Source: a virus. From it: a DNA stretch of 64,000 nucleotides. Position numbers and translations under genes: made by a program. Of the stretch, positions 19,117 through 29,293 are shown one piece after another; positions within the stretch are counted from its first letter, which is position 1, and the number at the start of each line of letters is the position of its first letter. The notes under the pieces are model-generated. The model did no database searches. It saw nothing but the letters and a program-made list of their open reading frames with translations, and had not been told where the DNA came from. The DNA is taken from positions 3,795 to 67,794 of the IMG/VR virus record IMGVR_UViG_3300020469_003811; one strand, 5' to 3'.

Positions 19117-19710
19117 CTATGCTATAGTACCTGAACCACCAATACCAAATAATGGGAATATAGTGTCGCCTGGTGCTGAGTGAATTGCGTTATCATATTT
19201 CAATGTCAAGATAACTTGAACTGGTTCTGATACTGCATAATCACCATCTGAATAATCAACGTTTTGCAAGAAACAACCTTCTAAATCCCATTGTTCTAAT
19301 TCAGTATCATTAGTACCATCTAATATTTCAATTTTAGTATTAAATTTGTACACTGATCCTGAAACAGCTGACGTTTGTTCAAAGTGGTTTAATTGCTTCT
19401 GAACTTGCTGTCCAACTAATTTAGAAATGTTGTTGTTAATGTCATCACGTAAAGTTAAGTTTACTGATTCCCATGTGTGTTTACCTTGCATATATGCAAC
19501 TGAGTTGTATGAATGAATTGGCACTTCTTCATGGTTAATCTTTGGTCTTGTTGCTGACATAACTTGCTGAGTTAATTGTAATGGAGATGCACCTAAATTA
19601 CCGAAATTAGTGAATCTAACTCTAAAACGATATTTTAGTTTTGGCTGTAATATACCACCACGGCCTGTTGAACCGTCTATTGGTACTCCAAATTTTGATA
19701 ATGTTGCCAT
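19117..19710 (-). CDS. gp19: tail tube protein (T4 gp19-like)
   Basis: PKLKYRFRV, GKHTWE, LRDD, WDLEGCF, LTLKYDNA; directly after sheath. Confidence 0.85.
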   Translation of the reverse strand: MATLSKFGVPIDGSTGRGGILQPKLKYRFRVRFTNFGNLGASPLQLTQQVMSATRPKINHEEVPIHSYNSVAYMQGKHTWESVNLTLRDDINNNISKLVGQQVQKQLNHFEQTSAVSGSVYKFNTKIEILDGTNDTELEQWDLEGCFLQNVDYSDGDYAVSEPVQVILTLKYDNAIHSAPGDTIFPLFGIGGSGTIA

Positions 19711-19792
19711 CTTTTTCTACTCCTAATATACTGTTTATTTACACTTTAACCTTTAATTTTTTCAAAAAATTAAAAACTAAAGGTAAATTTAA

Positions 19793-19816
19793 AGGGATTG
19801 CTTTTACACAATCCCT
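19793..19816 (-). terminator. stem-loop after the sheath gene (possible terminator/processing hairpin)
   Basis: AGGGATTG-N8-CAATCCCT inverted repeat followed by TTAAATTT. Confidence 0.5.
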
Positions 19817-19829
19817 CAAATTAAATTAA

Positions 19830-22800
19830 TTAACTAGTAAGTGACTCACCAGTATTTTTGATTCTCAATGGAATATAGATAAATTCAATTGCTTTTACAG
19901 GTTGTATAGCAATATCAATCCATAATTCATTTCTATCAATTCTTGTACCAGTGTTGTTACTTTCGTCACAAACTACTAAGAAATCAAACAAACCTCTTTT
20001 AGAAACTAGATCTTCCATAAATCTGTTAAATGTATCAGTTACTTGATCTCTTGTAATTCTATCATTTGGTTCAAACAAGAATGATTTTGCTAAAGTATCT
20101 AATTGATATCTTAGGTAAACAACCAATCTTGCTACATTAATTCTATCCATTGCTGAAGCTGTTGCGGCCAATGTTTTTTGTCCGTATACTGTTAAGCCTC
20201 TGTTTGGAATAAACGCAATTGGATTAACTCTGTTAGAATATAATGTGTCTCTTTGACCTTCTGACAATGTTACTGCTTTAAATTCTCCTTCGTTTGAAAT
20301 GTAACCAACTGATGTTGAGTTGTCTACAAGTCCTCTAGAGAAACCAGCTGGAGCAAACCATGGAAACGAAACTGTATCATTAAATGCTAAAGTTCTTAAC
20401 GCGATATGCGTTGCTGGAACTGTTACATTTGAACCTGATAAGTCTGATGTGAATCCTGATGGATAGTAAATTCCCGCATATGGTGAAGCTGATGTTAAAC
20501 CATTTTCATCATTAGTTGGAGATTTAGCTGTGTTAGTTGCCCATGCTTGTATTGATGTACCATCTGGTTTTAATCTTAATGGTGTATCACCTAATACAAA
20601 TGCTGTAAGTTTTCTATCTGTACTTAATGTAATCATTTCATCTAACAATTCTGGATAACCAGGTGCACAAATCAAGTTAAAGTATCTTGACTCTGCTCTA
20701 ATATCATCATTGCTTTGAAGAGATGCCTGCATCGCTGTTACAACAACTTTTCTTTGTGCGTGTCTACCCATGTAAGGTGAGCCATCAGTTTTTAAACCTG
20801 ACTCAGTTACCCAAGTGTCGCCGTTGTTTGTACCATCGAAAGTATAGTTTGTTACATATTTTTTAACATTGTAACCTGAAAGTCTAGTATTGAACAATAA
20901 AATACCTGCTGGATATACTGATGGGTTTGGAGCATCTGAATCAAATGATGCGTATGCCGTTCCCCAACTTTGTGCATCTTCGCCTGTACCGCCTGGGTTA
21001 CCAGCCGCGTCTGCAAATACTACACCGTCTGCTGTACTTTGATCAGTATTGTCTAACAATACCCATTTAGAAGTACTTGAGTTGTATTTGTATATCTTAG
21101 GATAAGCATCTAGTTCATCTGAATCAATCCAAATGTCACCATTTTGTAATGCTGTTCCATCTGATTGTACAGTTGGTTGTGCTGAAACTATTTGTAAGTC
21201 TCTTAAACCACCTGATGCAATTGAACCTGATGTTCCATTGTCTTTACTGTTAGCATAAGCAAACCATTTCATTGTACCACCGTCGTTTTCAGCGATAAAA
21301 ATGTCTGCGTCCATGCTAGACTTGTACCACAAAGTGCCGTTAACAGGATCTTTAGTTGGTGCTGAAGCTGAACCTTCATAAGTCAAGTCTTGCCATAATG
21401 ATTTATAGAAAAATGCTTTTGAAGATATTCCAGTTGCCGTGTTATCCACGAAACCTAACTGTGCTGTTGTTATTCCTACTTTGTTACCAGCAGTCGTACC
21501 ATCATGTATGTAGACAGCTTTACCGCCAGTTCTTGTTAATCTTAGATATTCTTTAGTTGCACTAACATAAGATGAATCTGCTACCACACCGCCTGTTGCT
21601 GTTTGGTTGGCTGATTTATTAATCTCAGTTATGATTTCAGCAAGTGTTACATTTGAACCTGCACCGCCTGCCGCTGTTACTTCAATTGTTTGACCATTAA
21701 GTTCAAATATAACATGAGTTTGTGAACCAGTTAAGTCAATACCATTACCATGTAATGATGTTGTACCAGTTGCAACTGTGTTTTCGCCTGATGATCTAAT
21801 TCTTAATTTGTATTCAATTTCTTGTACTGATGAAGCCGCACCTGAGTATTGCATTAAAGATTTTTTACCATAATCAGCTGATGTTACTTGGCTTGACGTA
21901 TGGAAAAAGTTTGCTTTCATTTCATCTGAAATGTGACCTGCATCAAAATCATCAAATCTTACGTAAACTGATGAGTTACCAACTAGACCTGTTTCTTGGC
22001 TAGTTGCCGCATCATCTCTTGAATATACGTTAGCTGATACTGATGACCATGCACTTGTTGAAGTTGAATAATTTTTAACAACAATGTTAGCACCTTGACC
22101 ACCTGGTGTTGATTTTAACCAAACGTCACTGTAACCATTGTTAACTGCTAATGCTGGTGCTGTACCGTTTCCTGATTGGATATACGTTTTACCGTTACCA
22201 TCTGAACCTGCCGCTCCAACAGCCGCTTGCCATGATGCTGATCCAACAACTTCCCATGAAGTACCAACTTTTTGGTATAATCTTGCTGGTGATGTTGAAG
22301 CAACCAAGGCGTAATCTTTTGCCCCACCGTAAGTAGTTACGGGGTCACCATTTGAAGCGACTAGACCGCCACTTGCTCCTGGTGTGTCTGTTAATACTGT
22401 AGGATTCAATTTGTCCCAAGTACTTGAAGTAGTATTTGCTGTAAATACTCCCCAATCTGTATTTGTTGTATCTAACCAATATGTTCCGTTAGCTGGTGTA
22501 AGTTTAGGAGCTGAAGATGAACCTTCTAATTCTGTTAAGTTTACATCTGCTCTAACTACATAAGCTCTATTAGAGATACCTAAAAATGAGTATGTTGATA
22601 GCAAACCATATTCGTTTCTTTCATCTCCATGTAACTGTGTACCTTGAAGTGAGTGAAACTTAGGTTCGCCAAAGGTTGTAATCAATTCACGTTGTGATGT
22701 GATCAAGTACGGAGTACCTGCCGTAGCACTTGTTGTACCAATTGCTGTGTTGCTAGTGCTTGGGTCAATTTTATCTTGACCTGTGGCTACTACAACCAGT

Positions 22801-22883
22801 GGTACTGTGCCTTGTCCGGCTGGTGAGTACATAGATTCATCAGAAACTGAAACTGATACACCTGGTGATACTAATGTTGGCAT
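19830..22883 (-). CDS. gp18: contractile tail sheath protein (T4 gp18-like), enlarged
   Basis: LVSPGVSV N-terminus; PWFAPAG..RG, RDTLY.NRVNPI, GQKT, DRINVARL, FEPND, PVKAIEFIYI. Confidence 0.93.
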   Translation of the reverse strand: MPTLVSPGVSVSVSDESMYSPAGQGTVPLVVVATGQDKIDPSTSNTAIGTTSATAGTPYLITSQRELITTFGEPKFHSLQGTQLHGDERNEYGLLSTYSFLGISNRAYVVRADVNLTELEGSSSAPKLTPANGTYWLDTTNTDWGVFTANTTSSTWDKLNPTVLTDTPGASGGLVASNGDPVTTYGGAKDYALVASTSPARLYQKVGTSWEVVGSASWQAAVGAAGSDGNGKTYIQSGNGTAPALAVNNGYSDVWLKSTPGGQGANIVVKNYSTSTSAWSSVSANVYSRDDAATSQETGLVGNSSVYVRFDDFDAGHISDEMKANFFHTSSQVTSADYGKKSLMQYSGAASSVQEIEYKLRIRSSGENTVATGTTSLHGNGIDLTGSQTHVIFELNGQTIEVTAAGGAGSNVTLAEIITEINKSANQTATGGVVADSSYVSATKEYLRLTRTGGKAVYIHDGTTAGNKVGITTAQLGFVDNTATGISSKAFFYKSLWQDLTYEGSASAPTKDPVNGTLWYKSSMDADIFIAENDGGTMKWFAYANSKDNGTSGSIASGGLRDLQIVSAQPTVQSDGTALQNGDIWIDSDELDAYPKIYKYNSSTSKWVLLDNTDQSTADGVVFADAAGNPGGTGEDAQSWGTAYASFDSDAPNPSVYPAGILLFNTRLSGYNVKKYVTNYTFDGTNNGDTWVTESGLKTDGSPYMGRHAQRKVVVTAMQASLQSNDDIRAESRYFNLICAPGYPELLDEMITLSTDRKLTAFVLGDTPLRLKPDGTSIQAWATNTAKSPTNDENGLTSASPYAGIYYPSGFTSDLSGSNVTVPATHIALRTLAFNDTVSFPWFAPAGFSRGLVDNSTSVGYISNEGEFKAVTLSEGQRDTLYSNRVNPIAFIPNRGLTVYGQKTLAATASAMDRINVARLVVYLRYQLDTLAKSFLFEPNDRITRDQVTDTFNRFMEDLVSKRGLFDFLVVCDESNNTGTRIDRNELWIDIAIQPVKAIEFIYIPLRIKNTGESLTS

Positions 22884-23029
22884 TTTGTATTTCTCCCTGC
22901 TATGTTGTATATGAGTATTTTAAAACCTATATACTACTTTTAAGTTTTACTATATTAATGTTAATATTTATTAGATATTGGAAATAAAGTGCGATTGTAA
23001 TCCACCTTTAAAGGTATTAAATACAAGTG

Positions 23030-23446
23030 ATGACTAAATTAGACGATAATAAAACTAAACACGTTAGACCATTGTGTACACGTTGTAAAACACGGCCTTC
23101 GGCTTTTAATTACAGACGTAAAGGCAAGATCTATTATCGTAGTAAATGCGATAGCTGTATAAAAGAAGATCTAGGTATGCGTACAGGTTTTAAATATTCA
23201 TGGGAAAAAAGTGGATTTAGAAAAAAACATATATGCGAAAAATGTGGTTTTAAATCTAAACATCCTTCACAAATGGATGTCTATCATATAGACGGCAACT
23301 TAAAAAATGCTAGTTGGAACAACTTAAAAACTATATGTGCTAATTGTAGTCGTATTAAAAGCATTGAAGAAGTTGGTTGGGCACAGGGTGATTTACAGCC
23401 TGATGCTCCGCCTGTTAGTAAAAAAATAGGTTTGAAAAAATATTAA
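23030..23446 (+). CDS. HNH/zinc-finger protein
   Basis: CTRC, CDSC, CEKC, HIDGNLKN...NL..ICANC. Confidence 0.7.
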   Translation: MTKLDDNKTKHVRPLCTRCKTRPSAFNYRRKGKIYYRSKCDSCIKEDLGMRTGFKYSWEKSGFRKKHICEKCGFKSKHPSQMDVYHIDGNLKNASWNNLKTICANCSRIKSIEEVGWAQGDLQPDAPPVSKKIGLKKY

Positions 23447-23482
23447 AATTGTATATAATTACAATATTAAACAAAGGAATTT

Positions 23483-23911
23483 ATGGCAAAAAAAGAAGTT
23501 ATTGGCTTAATAAAATTACAAATACAAGCAGGTAAGGCCAACCCTGCTCCACCAGTAGGACCAGCACTTGGTCAAAAAGGAGTCAACATCATGGACTTCT
23601 GTAAATCATTTAATGACAAAACTAAAAACAGTATGGGTAAACTTATACCTGTGGTAATAACTGTTTATAAAGATAAAAGTTTTACATTTGTATTAAAAAA
23701 ACCACCCACATCATTTTTAATTAAGGAAAAATTAAAACTTAAAAAAGGTGGTAAAACTCCTGGTAGATCTAGAATTGCATCAATTAGTAAAGCTCAAGTA
23801 GAAGAAATAGCTAAAGAGAAAATGGAAGATTTAAATGCGTTGGACCTGGAAGCCGCTGTTAAAATTGTAGCGGGTCAAGCCAGATCCATGGGCATTGATA
23901 TTAAAAGTTAA
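23483..23911 (+). CDS. rplK: 50S ribosomal protein L11 (uL11)
   Basis: [64 protein letters not shown]; full length with SD. Confidence 0.95.
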   Translation: MAKKEVIGLIKLQIQAGKANPAPPVGPALGQKGVNIMDFCKSFNDKTKNSMGKLIPVVITVYKDKSFTFVLKKPPTSFLIKEKLKLKKGGKTPGRSRIASISKAQVEEIAKEKMEDLNALDLEAAVKIVAGQARSMGIDIKS

Positions 23912-24147
23912 TTACTAACTTCTTTAATATTTTCTTGTTCTAAAAACTTGCGGAGTTCTTTCATTGAACTTTTAGTTAACTTATCAACATCATATATGAT
24001 CCATTGTTTACTAATGGTATTATAAAATCCTACCTCACGAACTTTAGTTGTTTTTTTATCACGATCAATACAAGATTGAATGTGTTGAGGTTTTAACTTT
24101 TTTACAATAGTAAAATATTCGCCGATAAATTGATTATTCGTAGACAT
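23908..24147 (-). CDS. hypothetical protein
   Basis: 79 aa with AGGAG SD. Confidence 0.55.
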   Translation of the reverse strand: MSTNNQFIGEYFTIVKKLKPQHIQSCIDRDKKTTKVREVGFYNTISKQWIIYDVDKLTKSSMKELRKFLEQENIKEVSN

Positions 24148-24195
24148 TGTGTTGCTCCTGCTGATGATGAAATCTACTATGTTAGAATAATACGG

Positions 24196-24879
24196 TTAAC
24201 TAGATCTGTCAACCAATTTTTGCTGATTATTTTTATCTTGTTTATCTTTTTGTGATTTTTTAATTTGTTGTACTACTTCTTCTACGTTGTGATTTAAATC
24301 TTCTAATGTTCCGGAATTATCTATTGTGTAATCTACACGAGAATTAACCCAGTTCCACTCACTTTCATGTACTCCCATTTCATACAAACTATGTTGTGCA
24401 AACGTATCTCCACCAGCGGCTTCAACTGCCATTTCATACCAATGCGGCTCTGGTCCTCGTTTGACTCTAATAACTAATCCGCCCATAGTTTTAATTAGAC
24501 CTACTTCATTTTTAAATCTGCAATCACTAACAACTGTATTTTTCATACCATGTGATACATATCTATTTTCTAAACTGAATAACCAAATGTTTGGATTAAA
24601 ATGTTCTCTTAATACATCAGTGCCAATAATTTGTAATGCATATCTAGGTGAAAATCTTCTATTTGCTAATTTACTGCTCCACCACTGATCGACTTCTTCT
24701 CTATACTTCCTGCTTTTGTCAGAGTCTCCTTCAAGTAGTTCTCTAGGCCAACCAAAGATATTTGCTACTGCATCTTTAAGAGGAGCCGCAAATGAATCTC
24801 TAACAAAACCATGCTTGATAAATCTTTCAGCAACTGTGTCTTTTCCCGAACCTATAAATCCTACTAAACCTACGATCAT
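24196..24879 (-). CDS. deoxynucleoside monophosphate kinase (T4 gp1-like)
   Basis: GFIGSGKDT, FAAPLKD, PR..LQ.IGTD, SDCRF.NE, HESE. Confidence 0.88.
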   Translation of the reverse strand: MIVGLVGFIGSGKDTVAERFIKHGFVRDSFAAPLKDAVANIFGWPRELLEGDSDKSRKYREEVDQWWSSKLANRRFSPRYALQIIGTDVLREHFNPNIWLFSLENRYVSHGMKNTVVSDCRFKNEVGLIKTMGGLVIRVKRGPEPHWYEMAVEAAGGDTFAQHSLYEMGVHESEWNWVNSRVDYTIDNSGTLEDLNHNVEEVVQQIKKSQKDKQDKNNQQKLVDRSS

Positions 24880-24884
24880 TTTTT

Positions 24885-24913
24885 ATTATAACTTTTCCTG
24901 TTCTATAAGTCAA
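24885..24913 (-). promoter_or_regulatory. sigma70-type promoter, 5 nt from the dNMP kinase ATG
   Basis: TTGACT-17 bp-TATAAT-AAAAA-ATG. Confidence 0.75.
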
Positions 24914-24922
24914 CGACTAATA

Positions 24923-25336
24923 TTAAGCGTCATCTTTGTGTTTTGGTATATTTGCTACTGGAATACCTTCTTCACGCAACTGTTGGGCCTCTATGTCCGT
25001 GCATTCGCCATATATTTTGTCGTCACGTATGCCATTCATTGCCATCCTAGCTTCTTCCGGAAACCTGTCTCCTACATTTTCAAAGTTCTTTTCAATATAC
25101 TTGTTGAAGCTACGAGCCATTGTTTTCATTTCATGTTGTTTATTTTTAACAAAGTCTTTGCTGTTCAATTTGCTTGATATGTTTGGTGCCATTATACCTT
25201 TGGTAACATTTTTTGATTCACATTTGATACACTCTAGCAGATTCTTTTTTTGTAATTTTGAAAATTCTTTACTACTAGCAAACCAACTTTTGAATTCGTA
25301 TTCGCAGTCTTGACATATTAAATTATAATTTATCAT
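24923..25336 (-). CDS. DUF1178 family protein (start revised to 25336)
   Basis: MINYNLIC...FKSWFASS, C..C.S..V.K.IMAP, ENVGDRFPEEAR, IYGE, L.EEGI; TTGACA-16-TACAGT promoter 6 nt upstream. Confidence 0.8.
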   Translation of the reverse strand: MINYNLICQDCEYEFKSWFASSKEFSKLQKKNLLECIKCESKNVTKGIMAPNISSKLNSKDFVKNKQHEMKTMARSFNKYIEKNFENVGDRFPEEARMAMNGIRDDKIYGECTDIEAQQLREEGIPVANIPKHKDDA

Positions 25337-25377
25337 AATATAACTGTAGCACAATTATATATTTTGTCAAATGATTT

Positions 25378-26124
25378 TTAGCCAATAACGAATGTTAATG
25401 GATCTTCACCAGTACCGTATGTTTCAATTTCTCTTTCTAATTTTTCTATGGCTGTTTGAGCTTCATTTTTTAAATCTGCACCATTCATTGAAACGTTACC
25501 TTGGGCACCTGGTAAACTATTGAATTTAGATCTTGCTTCACCTAACATCATTTTACATTGTGCTAATGCATAATCTCTGATCCAAGGTCTGCTGTATCTT
25601 TGTGTTATTAGTGTTTCGGCTGGTTTTTCCATGTAAACTTGTAACAATACGTTTTCAGCATTTCTTGGTCTTCTCATTAATATTAGTTTTTGTTTTTCTG
25701 TAACATATTTAAAATTTAGATAACCACCAAAAAGTCTTTTAACAACTTCTTGGTATTGAGCAAAAGCATCCCACGTCATAAGTCCACCAATTCTACCACC
25801 TTGTAAAAAGTACAAATTAGTGTATGCTAATTCAAAAGGATCCATGTCAACACCACCTGTTGATCCTGCTACTGATCTTCTGTATATTTCTTTTACTTCA
25901 ATTACTTCTTTCGCTAGTGTATATTCGTTTACATCAGCTTGTAATTGTAAAAAGATATATGCTTCTTCTGTAGAATTACCAGATTTTTGTCTATATCTAT
26001 CTACAGCTAAATCAATACCTTGCTCGTAGTGTTTTGGATCTAATTCTACGTCAACCATACCATCACCTAAGATGTTACGTATATCCGTGATTAATTCCTG
26101 TCTTTGTGATTTCTGTTTTGCCAT
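25378..26124 (-). CDS. gp13: neck protein (T4 gp13-like)
   Basis: LG.GMVDVELD..HY, WIRDYALA.CK..LGEARSKF..LPG. Confidence 0.8.
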   Translation of the reverse strand: MAKQKSQRQELITDIRNILGDGMVDVELDPKHYEQGIDLAVDRYRQKSGNSTEEAYIFLQLQADVNEYTLAKEVIEVKEIYRRSVAGSTGGVDMDPFELAYTNLYFLQGGRIGGLMTWDAFAQYQEVVKRLFGGYLNFKYVTEKQKLILMRRPRNAENVLLQVYMEKPAETLITQRYSRPWIRDYALAQCKMMLGEARSKFNSLPGAQGNVSMNGADLKNEAQTAIEKLEREIETYGTGEDPLTFVIG

Positions 26125-26190
26125 GTTATAGTTATTTATTCGTATGGATTAGTTTCAATAAATACTTAGACAAAGGATATTAACAAAATT

Positions 26191-27438
26191 ATGCCAAGAC
26201 TCAGTTTATGGAAGCCAAATAAGGGCAATGATTACAAATTTGCTGATCGTACTATAGCAGAACACTTCTATATAGGCGGTACGGGCGTCTTTATACACAA
26301 ATACCTAGGACCTCATACGCAAACAGGTAGTATAGCCGGTGATCAACCTAAAAATTCAGTAGTACATCCAACAGGTATACAAGATATGCTATTTGGTGAA
26401 AATAGAGATAGAAAATACGATTCTGATGTCTATGATTTACGTGGAGTATATTCTGTACAAGATCAAGATTTTGATATGACACAATTTGGATTGTTTCAAA
26501 CAGCAGACACACTCTATATAACATTTCATTTAAATGCTATGGTTGAACAACTTGGTAGAAAAATAATGCCAGGTGATGTTTTTGAATTACCGCATATGGC
26601 TGACGATCTAAGATTAGAAGCAAGTTCAATTACATTAAACAATAAGCCAAGTAAAAAATTTAGAAAAGGTGAAACAATTACTGGTGGTACTTCAGGTACA
26701 ACAGGTACAGTTGTAAGTTATAATCATAATGCAAAAGTTGTAAGACTTGCTACCAATGGTATTTTTACAGTAGGTGAAACATTAACAGGTGGCGATAGTA
26801 CTGCTACACAATCAATTGCACAATTTGAACCAAAAGAAAAAATGAAAATTAATAAATTCTTTGTTGTAGAAGATGCCGCAAGAGGATCAGATGGTTACGA
26901 TCCAGGTTGGTGGCCACATATTTGGAGATGTAAAGCAACTGCCTTACAAGACACACAAGAATTTAGAGATATACTTGGTAGCGGTGATGATAAAGAAGAT
27001 TTAAAAAATATTATATCTACATATCAATCCGAGATTGATCTTAATGACGGTATTATTGAAGAAGCTAAACGAAATGTTCCTACTAAAGGAATGGAAGTTG
27101 GCCACTTATATACTCATAAAGATGATATGCACAAAGTTAATCCTAGGAACCAAGATGGAACTCCAGGTAAAGGTATAACAATAACACATACTGGTAACAG
27201 CTTCCCAGGATCAATTACAGAAGGTCAATACGTATTACGTACTGATTATTCTCCAAGCAGATTATTTAGAAAAACAGGAAATAGATATATTAAAATTTCT
27301 GATAACTTTAGAGGATCATATGTTTCAAGTAATAAAGGATTGGGTAGTTTTGTTAATAACAATGCCTCGTCTACAGTCACAGATGATAATAAAGAGCAAC
27401 AATATTTAAGTAAGGTAGTTAAACCTAAAACGGATTAA
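26191..27438 (+). CDS. gp14: neck protein (T4 gp14-like) with inserted beta-repeat domain
   Basis: D.LF.ENRDRKY, QFGLF, PGDVFELPH, WWPHIWR; GETITGGTSG / GETLTGG repeats; between gp13 and gp15. Confidence 0.65.
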   Translation: MPRLSLWKPNKGNDYKFADRTIAEHFYIGGTGVFIHKYLGPHTQTGSIAGDQPKNSVVHPTGIQDMLFGENRDRKYDSDVYDLRGVYSVQDQDFDMTQFGLFQTADTLYITFHLNAMVEQLGRKIMPGDVFELPHMADDLRLEASSITLNNKPSKKFRKGETITGGTSGTTGTVVSYNHNAKVVRLATNGIFTVGETLTGGDSTATQSIAQFEPKEKMKINKFFVVEDAARGSDGYDPGWWPHIWRCKATALQDTQEFRDILGSGDDKEDLKNIISTYQSEIDLNDGIIEEAKRNVPTKGMEVGHLYTHKDDMHKVNPRNQDGTPGKGITITHTGNSFPGSITEGQYVLRTDYSPSRLFRKTGNRYIKISDNFRGSYVSSNKGLGSFVNNNASSTVTDDNKEQQYLSKVVKPKTD

Positions 27439-27443
27439 AAATT

Positions 27444-28808
27444 ATGGATTACTGGTACGACCAACAGATAAGAAGATATATTTTACAATTCATGAGATTG
27501 TTTGATAACTTCAAAGTAAAAACAGGCAAAACAGATAATAGCAATTCAGAAAGCTATATAAGAACTCCTGTAAGATATGCCGATATGAGTAGAATGGTGG
27601 CTCATATATTGAGACATAATTCAGAAAACGTTGTTTCATCTGCTCCATTTATGTCAGTTTATATTACTAATTTACAATTGGCTAGAGATAGATTACAAGA
27701 ACCAAGAATGGTGGATAAGGTACAAGTTGCTGAAAGAAAATACGATACAACTTCTAAATCTTACATGGCTGAAATTGGTAACACGTATACCGTTGAAAGA
27801 TTTATGCCCGTTCCATATAACTTAAATATGGGATTAGATATTTGGTGTTCAAATACAGATCAAAAATTACAGTTAATGGAACAAATATTAGTGTTGTTTA
27901 ATCCAGCTGTTGAAATACAAGCAAATGACAATCCATTAGATTGGACTAATATTACTAATGTAGAACTAGTAGATGTTAACTGGAGTTCAAGAGCTGTGCC
28001 GCAAGGTGTTGACACACAATTAGATGTTGCTTCACTAACTTTTAGTTTACCTATTTGGGTTAACCCACCTGCTAAAGTTAAAAAACAATCTATCATTAGA
28101 CAGATTGTAGCTAGAGTAAATCAAACAGATTCAATTGACGACTTAGATTATGATCCTAGATTTATAGATTTCTTTGAAAGTTTTGGTGGACAAATTGGTA
28201 ACGTTATAGTTACGCCTGAGAATGCTCAAATTTCTGTAGCAGGAAATAAAGTTGCGTTGCTTGGTGCTTACGGTGTTAATGATAATGAAAAATGGAAAGA
28301 GTTTTTAGAAACATATGGTAAATTGCAAGATGGAATATCTAAATTAATTTTAAGACAATCAAGTGACATTGAATCAAGCACAGGAGATGTGTTTGGAACA
28401 TTGGCTTTTGATCCGTCAGATGAAAATAAATTAATATTCACTATTGATACAGCAACATTACCATCAAATACTTTATCCGCAGTTGATAAAATTATAGATC
28501 CTGAAACCACTTTTCCCGGAACAGGGCTGTCAGCCGCGGCAACTGGACAAAGATATTTGTTAGTTAATGATATTGCAAAAAATACAAGTGCTTGGGGAAA
28601 TGGATTTGAAGCTTCTGCAAACGATGTAATTAAATATGACGGTACTAATTGGTCTGTTGATTTTGATGCTAGTGCAAATGGTTCTACTGTACAATATGTT
28701 ACTAATACCAACACTGGTGTACAGTACAAATGGACAGGAACACAGTGGATTGACAGTTACCAAGGACAATATAAAAATGGTTTTTGGAAATTAGATCTTG
28801 CACCTTAG
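27444..28808 (+). CDS. gp15: tail sheath stabiliser/terminator (T4 gp15-like) with C-terminal extension
   Basis: YD.QIRRYI.QF..LF, P.RYA, PVPYNL, QL.EQIL.LFNP, P.W..PPAKVK. Confidence 0.75.
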   Translation: MDYWYDQQIRRYILQFMRLFDNFKVKTGKTDNSNSESYIRTPVRYADMSRMVAHILRHNSENVVSSAPFMSVYITNLQLARDRLQEPRMVDKVQVAERKYDTTSKSYMAEIGNTYTVERFMPVPYNLNMGLDIWCSNTDQKLQLMEQILVLFNPAVEIQANDNPLDWTNITNVELVDVNWSSRAVPQGVDTQLDVASLTFSLPIWVNPPAKVKKQSIIRQIVARVNQTDSIDDLDYDPRFIDFFESFGGQIGNVIVTPENAQISVAGNKVALLGAYGVNDNEKWKEFLETYGKLQDGISKLILRQSSDIESSTGDVFGTLAFDPSDENKLIFTIDTATLPSNTLSAVDKIIDPETTFPGTGLSAAATGQRYLLVNDIAKNTSAWGNGFEASANDVIKYDGTNWSVDFDASANGSTVQYVTNTNTGVQYKWTGTQWIDSYQGQYKNGFWKLDLAP

Positions 28809-28853
28809 ACAATAATAAAGTAAAATAAAGAATAAAAACAAGGTGAATTAAAA

Positions 28854-29279
28854 ATGTATACCGCAGTAGGTACAACTTTTGTCGCACAAGACACAGGCAG
28901 AATGCTTCTTAATTTAAGAAGTAAAGATGTTTCGTATCCCTACACATGGAGTTTCTGGGGTGGCAAGATTGAAAAGGGTGAACAACCTTTAGATGCTTTA
29001 CGTAGAGAATTAAAAGAAGAAATGGGTTTTGTTCCTCCTATGGAAAAATTAAATCCACTTGATACATTTAAATCAAAAGACAAAGGATTTATATATTACA
29101 CCTATGTCATTGTTACTCCAATAGAATTTAAACCAAATCTTAATCGTGAAAGTAGTGGCTATGCTTGGGTTGATATTGGCAGATATCCCAAGCCTTTACA
29201 CAATGGAGCAAAAATAACATTAAGCAATAAAAAGAATATTCAAAAATTAAAAAAAATTCTTACACCTGCTGATGATTAA
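28854..29279 (+). CDS. NUDIX hydrolase
   Basis: Nudix box GGKIEKGEQPLDALRRELKEEMG. Confidence 0.88.
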   Translation: MYTAVGTTFVAQDTGRMLLNLRSKDVSYPYTWSFWGGKIEKGEQPLDALRRELKEEMGFVPPMEKLNPLDTFKSKDKGFIYYTYVIVTPIEFKPNLNRESSGYAWVDIGRYPKPLHNGAKITLSNKKNIQKLKKILTPADD

Positions 29280-29293
29280 AAGTAAATACGATT

